NCBI GenBank assembly: GCA_029881795.1
Contig: JAOULX010000015.1
Span: 1,810 to 65,809 of the forward strand
DNA: 64,000 nt
Direction of reading: 5' to 3'
Origin: Gammaproteobacteria bacterium
GTDB taxonomy: Bacteria > Pseudomonadota > Gammaproteobacteria > SZUA-229
Below the pieces are notes generated by a model that was not told the origin of the DNA, ran no database searches, and worked only from the letters and a program-made list of their open reading frames with translations. The translations under genes were made by a program, and so were the position numbers. Shown here piece by piece: positions 59,809-64,000 of this stretch; within the stretch, counting starts at the first letter, position 1, and the number at the start of each line of letters is the position of its first letter.

Positions 59809-61158
59809 TTGAGAATGGATACCAAATCAATAACAATCAGTAGCGGTAAAGGCGGTGTTGGCAAAAGCTGTAGCAGCGTCAATCTCGCCATCTTACTGGC
59901 CCAGCACGGCTATGAAACCTGTCTGCTGGATGCCGATGCAAATCTGGCCAATATCAATATCATGCTTAAACTGGTTCCAGAGTTTACTCTGGAACAGGTT
60001 ATTTCCGGTGAGAAAACCCTCTCTGAAATTACACTCTATAAAGAAGGTATAGAAATTATACCGGGCTATTCCGGTCTTAGTGACTTTGTCTCTCTTTCCA
60101 AGGATCAACGCCAGCGCCTGATACAGGCGTTGCAGCAGCTTAAATCAAAATATGATTACCTGCTAATCGATAATCCGGCCGGAATCAGTCAAACCGTGCT
60201 TTCCTTTATCAAATTTAGCACTAACAATATCATCGTCATCACCCCTGAGCCGACCTCGTTAACTGATGCCTTTTCACTTATCCGGGTCGCCAGTAAGTCT
60301 ACCGGCCAGAAACATTTTCAGATATTACTTAATCAGGTTACAAACCGGCAACAAGCCGACTCGGTCTTTAAGCGCTTTTCAATGGCAGTGGAAAAACACA
60401 TTGGCCTGACAGTCAGTTATCTCGGTCACATCATATCGGATGACCTGGTCACAGCCTCTATCTGCATGCAAAACCCGGTCGTACTTGAACACCCAGGCTC
60501 TGCCGCGGCCTATTGTTTTGAAGAAATTTGTAAAAAATTACTGTCATTGCCAGGCCACAACAATTCCCAGTCAATATCTGAAACAACATTCGCGCCAGCA
60601 GCCGCCACACCCCAAACTCAGCCGACCACTTCAAGCAGCCTGAACAGAGCTGACACAAGCCGGGAACAGCCACCAACAACTATAGAATCGCTACAAGATG
60701 AGTTGCTGGGATTAATTGCCGATGACAAGCAGTCACAACAGGGCTTAAAACAGGCGCTAATCAGCATTAATGCCGCCTATATAAAACGCTTTGGCGAGAC
60801 AGATCAGGTACTTTCTGGCTTGCTTGAGCACGCTGTTAATACATCCACCGTGGCAGAACCGGCTTTGCGAAACTTGCTAACCAGCCTCTATAGTCAGTAT
60901 CAGGAAAAGTATGGCTCGTTAGCAGAAAACACCGCCACCACAACCGGTCAGAGCGCTTCTGAAAATGCCTTTACCGAAAAGTCTCTCGACCATGTGATCA
61001 AATTACTACAAGATCAAAAGTTATCGCATTTACAACAACTGATTAATCAGAAACAACAGACTCCGCAATTACCACAGCAACACGACAACACAGAAAACAG
61101 CGCACAAGCCGGGTTACGCGATAGCATCAAATACGCCGCGATGACCGACACTGAATAG
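59809..61158 (+). CDS. MinD/FlhG(FleN)-family P-loop ATPase with a roughly 200-aa low-complexity (Q/T/S-rich) C-terminal extension
   Basis: ITISSGKGGVGKSCSSVNLAILLA (deviant Walker A), LLIDNPAG (Walker B region). After about aa 250 the composition is biased (PAAATPQTQPTTSSS..., QKQQTPQLPQQHD). Confidence 0.7.
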   Translation: MRMDTKSITISSGKGGVGKSCSSVNLAILLAQHGYETCLLDADANLANINIMLKLVPEFTLEQVISGEKTLSEITLYKEGIEIIPGYSGLSDFVSLSKDQRQRLIQALQQLKSKYDYLLIDNPAGISQTVLSFIKFSTNNIIVITPEPTSLTDAFSLIRVASKSTGQKHFQILLNQVTNRQQADSVFKRFSMAVEKHIGLTVSYLGHIISDDLVTASICMQNPVVLEHPGSAAAYCFEEICKKLLSLPGHNNSQSISETTFAPAAATPQTQPTTSSSLNRADTSREQPPTTIESLQDELLGLIADDKQSQQGLKQALISINAAYIKRFGETDQVLSGLLEHAVNTSTVAEPALRNLLTSLYSQYQEKYGSLAENTATTTGQSASENAFTEKSLDHVIKLLQDQKLSHLQQLINQKQQTPQLPQQHDNTENSAQAGLRDSIKYAAMTDTE

Positions 61159-61362
61159 CCCTCAGATAACACCTAAACAGCACCGGTTATCCGCCACCCA
61201 GCGCCCCAACCGTCGAACAAATGGTCCCAAGCCCGAAAACAGCTATCGATAAAATTTTCATATCGTTATGATAATAAAAATTGTCTTTACAAGTTTTTTA
61301 ATAATGCTAAATAGTAACTTTAATTAACTGTAAATTATTACTCATATCTGGAGGTGATAATT

Positions 61363-61587
61363 ATGTCTGATGAAGACAATTTTGATGACGATAACGAACT
61401 TGATGACCAGTACGATGACTATGAGTCTGTAGATGACTCACGTGTAGCACGTATGAAAAACTACTCAGCTCGTCGCCGTCTAGAAGCCCTCAGGGAAGAC
61501 CGTGAACTGGAGCGTTCGCTTAACAGCGTCTTTAATGAGTCCTATGACTCATATGAATCTCACGACAGCTATCTAAGCAACCACTAA
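61363..61587 (+). CDS. small highly acidic protein (74 aa) with a central basic helix
   Basis: MSDEDNFDDDNELDDQYDDYESVDDSRVARMKNYSARRRLEALREDRELERSLN... A strong SD, GGAGGTG, lies 7 nt upstream of ATG 61363. The track ORF begins at GTG 61354, which I consider less likely. Confidence 0.55.
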   Translation: MSDEDNFDDDNELDDQYDDYESVDDSRVARMKNYSARRRLEALREDRELERSLNSVFNESYDSYESHDSYLSNH

Positions 61588-61595
61588 ATCCTGCC

Positions 61596-61631
61596 ATGAT
61601 CATAGCCAAACAAGCGCGAGGCTATGATCAT
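61596..61631. repeat. perfect 12-bp inverted repeat ATGATCATAGCC-N12-GGCTATGATCAT, 9 nt after a stop codon
   Basis: Read directly. It shares the ATGATC...GATCAT termini with the hairpin at 50935-50971. Confidence 0.8.
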
Positions 61632-61924
61632 CACACCCTTCAATACGCAACAATAAGTCGTTAGCATACAACCCCAGCAGGTTTTACTACGGTAGCTTGA
61701 GCTAATTGAGAAAAATACCCGCCAGAAACAAAAGAGTATCTAAAAATAGACAACTACGATCTAAATACGCAGCTGCCTGAACTACCACAACAGCGCTCAT
61801 CCCTGACCAGATCAGTAATTATGACATCTTCTGAAAAATTACTAGCACCGCCAAGATCGCTCGCAGGTTTGCTTGACAATACGCCCGGCATTGAAAGTCC
61901 TGCATTCAGCCAACCATCTAATTT

Positions 61925-61957
61925 GGTTTTATTTGTGTTTTATTTGAGTTTTATTTA
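61925..61957. repeat. tandem 11-mer (GTTTTATTTGx)x3
   Basis: I read ggttttatttg tgttttatttg agttttatttag directly, inside a 566-bp ORF-free region. Confidence 0.8.
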
Positions 61958-62100
61958 GCCACCCAACACGCATCCAAAAAATGGACGATGCTCCATAGAA
62001 ATTAGGAATCTGTGTTGAATCGATTTATGATTTAATTTGCAGAACGCTTAACGGATTATATTTATCTAAGACATTTACGCAGAATTATTTACAACACCCA

Positions 62101-62134
62101 CCTCGCCCTTTATGTCATTCAAAAAAGGGCGAGG
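62101..62134. other. perfect 11-bp stem-loop CCTCGCCCTTT-N12-AAAGGGCGAGG
   Basis: Read directly, 20 bp downstream (minus sense) of the lipoprotein gene stop at 62154. The flanks are only weakly T-rich. Confidence 0.6.
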
Positions 62135-62153
62135 GAAATCGCAATAATTGAAA

Positions 62154-62963
62154 CTATTTAGCTTTTGTTTCTTTATTGATTTGCATAGCAACCTTAGTCA
62201 CCGCATCACCAAGACCATCCAAGAAGACGCCTTTACTATCATCAGTCAGACCGACATTGCCAAGAACCAATATCAGATTTTCTGATGATCTACCTGAATA
62301 ACCGTATGTACCAGTATGAACCCGTATCTTACCTGTCTTGTCATATACTGAAACCATTGCAGTTGTAATAGCTGTACCCGCACCATTACCACCCAGTGAC
62401 ATCATACCTGCTTTATATTCCAGCTTTGTTCTAACAAAAGCAAAAGCATCAACATTAAGTTCTGAAGCTAATTTGTTTAGCTGCTCTTTATAGTTTTCAG
62501 GAACCAGCATGGCCGGCATACCTTCTGCATGAACGGTTCCTATTTTCTGCACTTTCATCAGAGTAGCGAATTCTTTTTCATTTAATTCACCCACTGATTT
62601 AACAAAGTCTTTATAGACCGATTTATTCATATACGACTTTGGATCGAGTACTGTCCAGTTCTCAACTCTATCCAGATCTCTGACAATCACATCAACAGAT
62701 TTATTAGCAAAGTCCTGAGCAAAATTGGCAATACTACCTTCATCTTCTTTTTCTTTAGGTTTACTCGATAAAGCGCCAAGCATAGACAGACCAGATGTTA
62801 AACCACCACCGCCATCCAAACTCTTAATGTTTCTGTCAGCTTTTACGCTGATAACCGCTACTTTTTTTATAGAAGCAATACCCGGCTTTTTAACTATGGT
62901 ATTTGCGGAAAAACAACCTGACGTCAGGATTGCCAGGGCCATTACAATTATTAGCTTTTTCAT
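62154..62963 (-). CDS. lipoprotein of unknown function
   Basis: 269 aa: MKKLIIVMALAILTSGC (lipobox), with a Gly-rich central segment. Confidence 0.65.
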   Translation of the reverse strand: MKKLIIVMALAILTSGCFSANTIVKKPGIASIKKVAVISVKADRNIKSLDGGGGLTSGLSMLGALSSKPKEKEDEGSIANFAQDFANKSVDVIVRDLDRVENWTVLDPKSYMNKSVYKDFVKSVGELNEKEFATLMKVQKIGTVHAEGMPAMLVPENYKEQLNKLASELNVDAFAFVRTKLEYKAGMMSLGGNGAGTAITTAMVSVYDKTGKIRVHTGTYGYSGRSSENLILVLGNVGLTDDSKGVFLDGLGDAVTKVAMQINKETKAK

Positions 62964-63336
62964 TTTATTTCGCCTTTTTAGCTCTTAGATTATTTACAAA
63001 GGATGGGCACACAAAAACTTAAACATCGAATAACAATCCTTTGATCAGCAAGAAACCACATGACATGCTTATGATGACAAGTTTTATTACATCTACCCTG
63101 AATATCTTATTTAACTTCTCTATCGTATCGGCAACACCACGCAGTCACAATCCCTTATCCCAGTGGTTGTCATTGAAAACTTACTGTAAGAAAAATAATA
63201 CGTAGACTTTGCAGGTAACTGCAAACAGGCTGCATTAACCCGATCTAAGCAAATATGATTAGTCTTTTTGGTTTATATAAACATAGCAATGGCATCGCCT
63301 ATACTTTAAGCACTACACACTAAAAGGAACTAAAAC

Positions 63337-64000
63337 ATGAACCGTATCTATAAAAGCATGATCGTAAGCCTTGCCATATTACTGGCATCTGGTTGCGCAT
63401 CGGTGAAAATGGTGGAGAAAAACATCGCCAGCAAAATAAGCAGCGTCGCTGTCATCACCGTTGTAGCCCAAGACGCGATGTATGGAACAAACCTCACCAA
63501 CCAGCAGCATTCAACCATTGCAAAAGATCACGTACAAAGCCTGACCAACAAATCGATCTCAATCATCTCCGATGAATTGAATAACATTCGTGGCTGGAAA
63601 GTAAAGCAACCGGATAGCTACGCTGAAACGCCAGCTTACCAGGCATTCAACCAGGCTATTAACAAAATCTGGGAACAGAACAAATATGCAAAGACCGTTA
63701 CACCGTATAACAACACCATGGCAAGACCACCGGTAGGTATTGTCCTGTTTGCCGGAGACAAGATCAAAGCATCCCTCGAAGAATATAAAAAAATCTGCAC
63801 CACTCTTGGTGTCGATGCGGTAGCCATCGCTTCAGTCAGTTACAAATACAAAAAAACCACGCGACTTGTCGGCACCAGCATAGCTGAACCTGTTGTTATA
63901 TTGAGTATTGAGGTAATAGATAAAGACGGCAACACCGCAATAAGACACACCCCGGTTACCGCAGAGAGCCGTGACGCTTTAGCCATCACTACGGTTTTCG
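63337..64000 (+). CDS. lipoprotein, paralogue of 62154-62963 (partial; runs off window end)
   Basis: I translated frame 1 from ATG 63337: MNRIYKSMIVSLAILLASGC..., with block similarity to the neighbour (IASIKKVAVISV vs IASKISSVAVITV; LNVDAFAFVRTKLEYK vs LGVDAVAIASVSYKYK). Confidence 0.6.
   Translation, partial: MNRIYKSMIVSLAILLASGCASVKMVEKNIASKISSVAVITVVAQDAMYGTNLTNQQHSTIAKDHVQSLTNKSISIISDELNNIRGWKVKQPDSYAETPAYQAFNQAINKIWEQNKYAKTVTPYNNTMARPPVGIVLFAGDKIKASLEEYKKICTTLGVDAVAIASVSYKYKKTTRLVGTSIAEPVVILSIEVIDKDGNTAIRHTPVTAESRDALAITTVF

Noticed and set aside
61821-61958. Possible 45-aa peptide (MTSSEKLLAPPRSLAGLL...LVLFVFYLSFI) spanning the tandem 11-mer repeats
   Set aside because: There is no Shine-Dalgarno sequence upstream. 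The C-terminal hydrophobic tail is just the translation of the T-rich tandem repeat. It is more likely non-coding, so I treated the region as an sRNA/regulatory candidate instead.
1-64000. Looked for signs that the signalling-rich blocks are a horizontally acquired island or mobile element (integrase, transposase, tRNA attachment site, direct repeats)
   Set aside because: None were found. Gene content and composition look uniformly chromosomal, so I did not call any mobile element.

Overview
This is a 64 kb chromosomal stretch that reads like a gammaproteobacterium, AT-rich (about 40-45% GC by eye). I saw no rRNA, tRNA, CRISPR array, transposase or integrase, so nothing marks it as a mobile island. 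The gene content points to a sulfur-oxidizing chemolithoautotroph (Thiomicrospira/Hydrogenovibrio-like), but that lineage guess is low confidence and inferred only from the genes present.

The window is densely coding. Its main blocks, in order:
- **Start of window:** a partial yihY-like membrane gene, a DUF255 thioredoxin-domain gene and a cupin gene.
- **Signalling genes next to the chemotaxis operon:** an HD-GYP response regulator and a 1022-aa multi-receiver hybrid histidine kinase.
- **Chemosensory operon, minus strand (8167-17991):** cheB, a membrane-anchored MCP, cheY, a STAS protein, cheA, a periplasmic alpha-carbonic anhydrase, a second MCP, cheW, cheR and cheD. A small orphan ParA-like ATPase sits convergent to its 3' end.
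- **Molybdoenzyme locus:** mazG, a small outer-membrane beta-barrel gene, then a three-gene molybdopterin oxidoreductase operon whose catalytic and Fe-S subunits both lack Tat signals (SoeABC-like cytoplasm-facing sulfite dehydrogenase). It is divergent from moaA.
- **Regulator operon:** a LuxR-HTH/alpha-beta-hydrolase fusion whose nucleophile serine appears replaced by alanine, in an apparent operon with an Omp85-family POTRA outer-membrane protein and an EamA transporter.
- **2-phosphoglycolate salvage genes:** glcDEF plus a class-V aminotransferase, with nitroreductase, yaaA and a second divergent alpha-carbonic-anhydrase-like gene nearby.
- **Acetate-permease neighbourhood:** a cNMP/CBS/DUF294 nucleotidyltransferase, a DEDDh exonuclease and an unknown membrane protein in an operon beside actP and its small partner.
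- **Housekeeping and c-di-GMP signalling:** cca, rimO, a giant DUF2339 membrane protein, and an HDOD histidine kinase overlapping a REC-PAS-GGDEF-EAL gene.
- **End of window:** an orphan MinD/FlhG-like ATPase with a long low-complexity tail, a tiny highly acidic protein, a 566-bp ORF-free region with repeats and hairpins, and two divergently oriented paralogous lipoproteins.

Non-coding oddities are a (GGTTTGC)x5 heptamer repeat after moaA, two ATGATC...GATCAT hairpins that share their ends and sit just after stop codons, several palindromes and intrinsic terminators.
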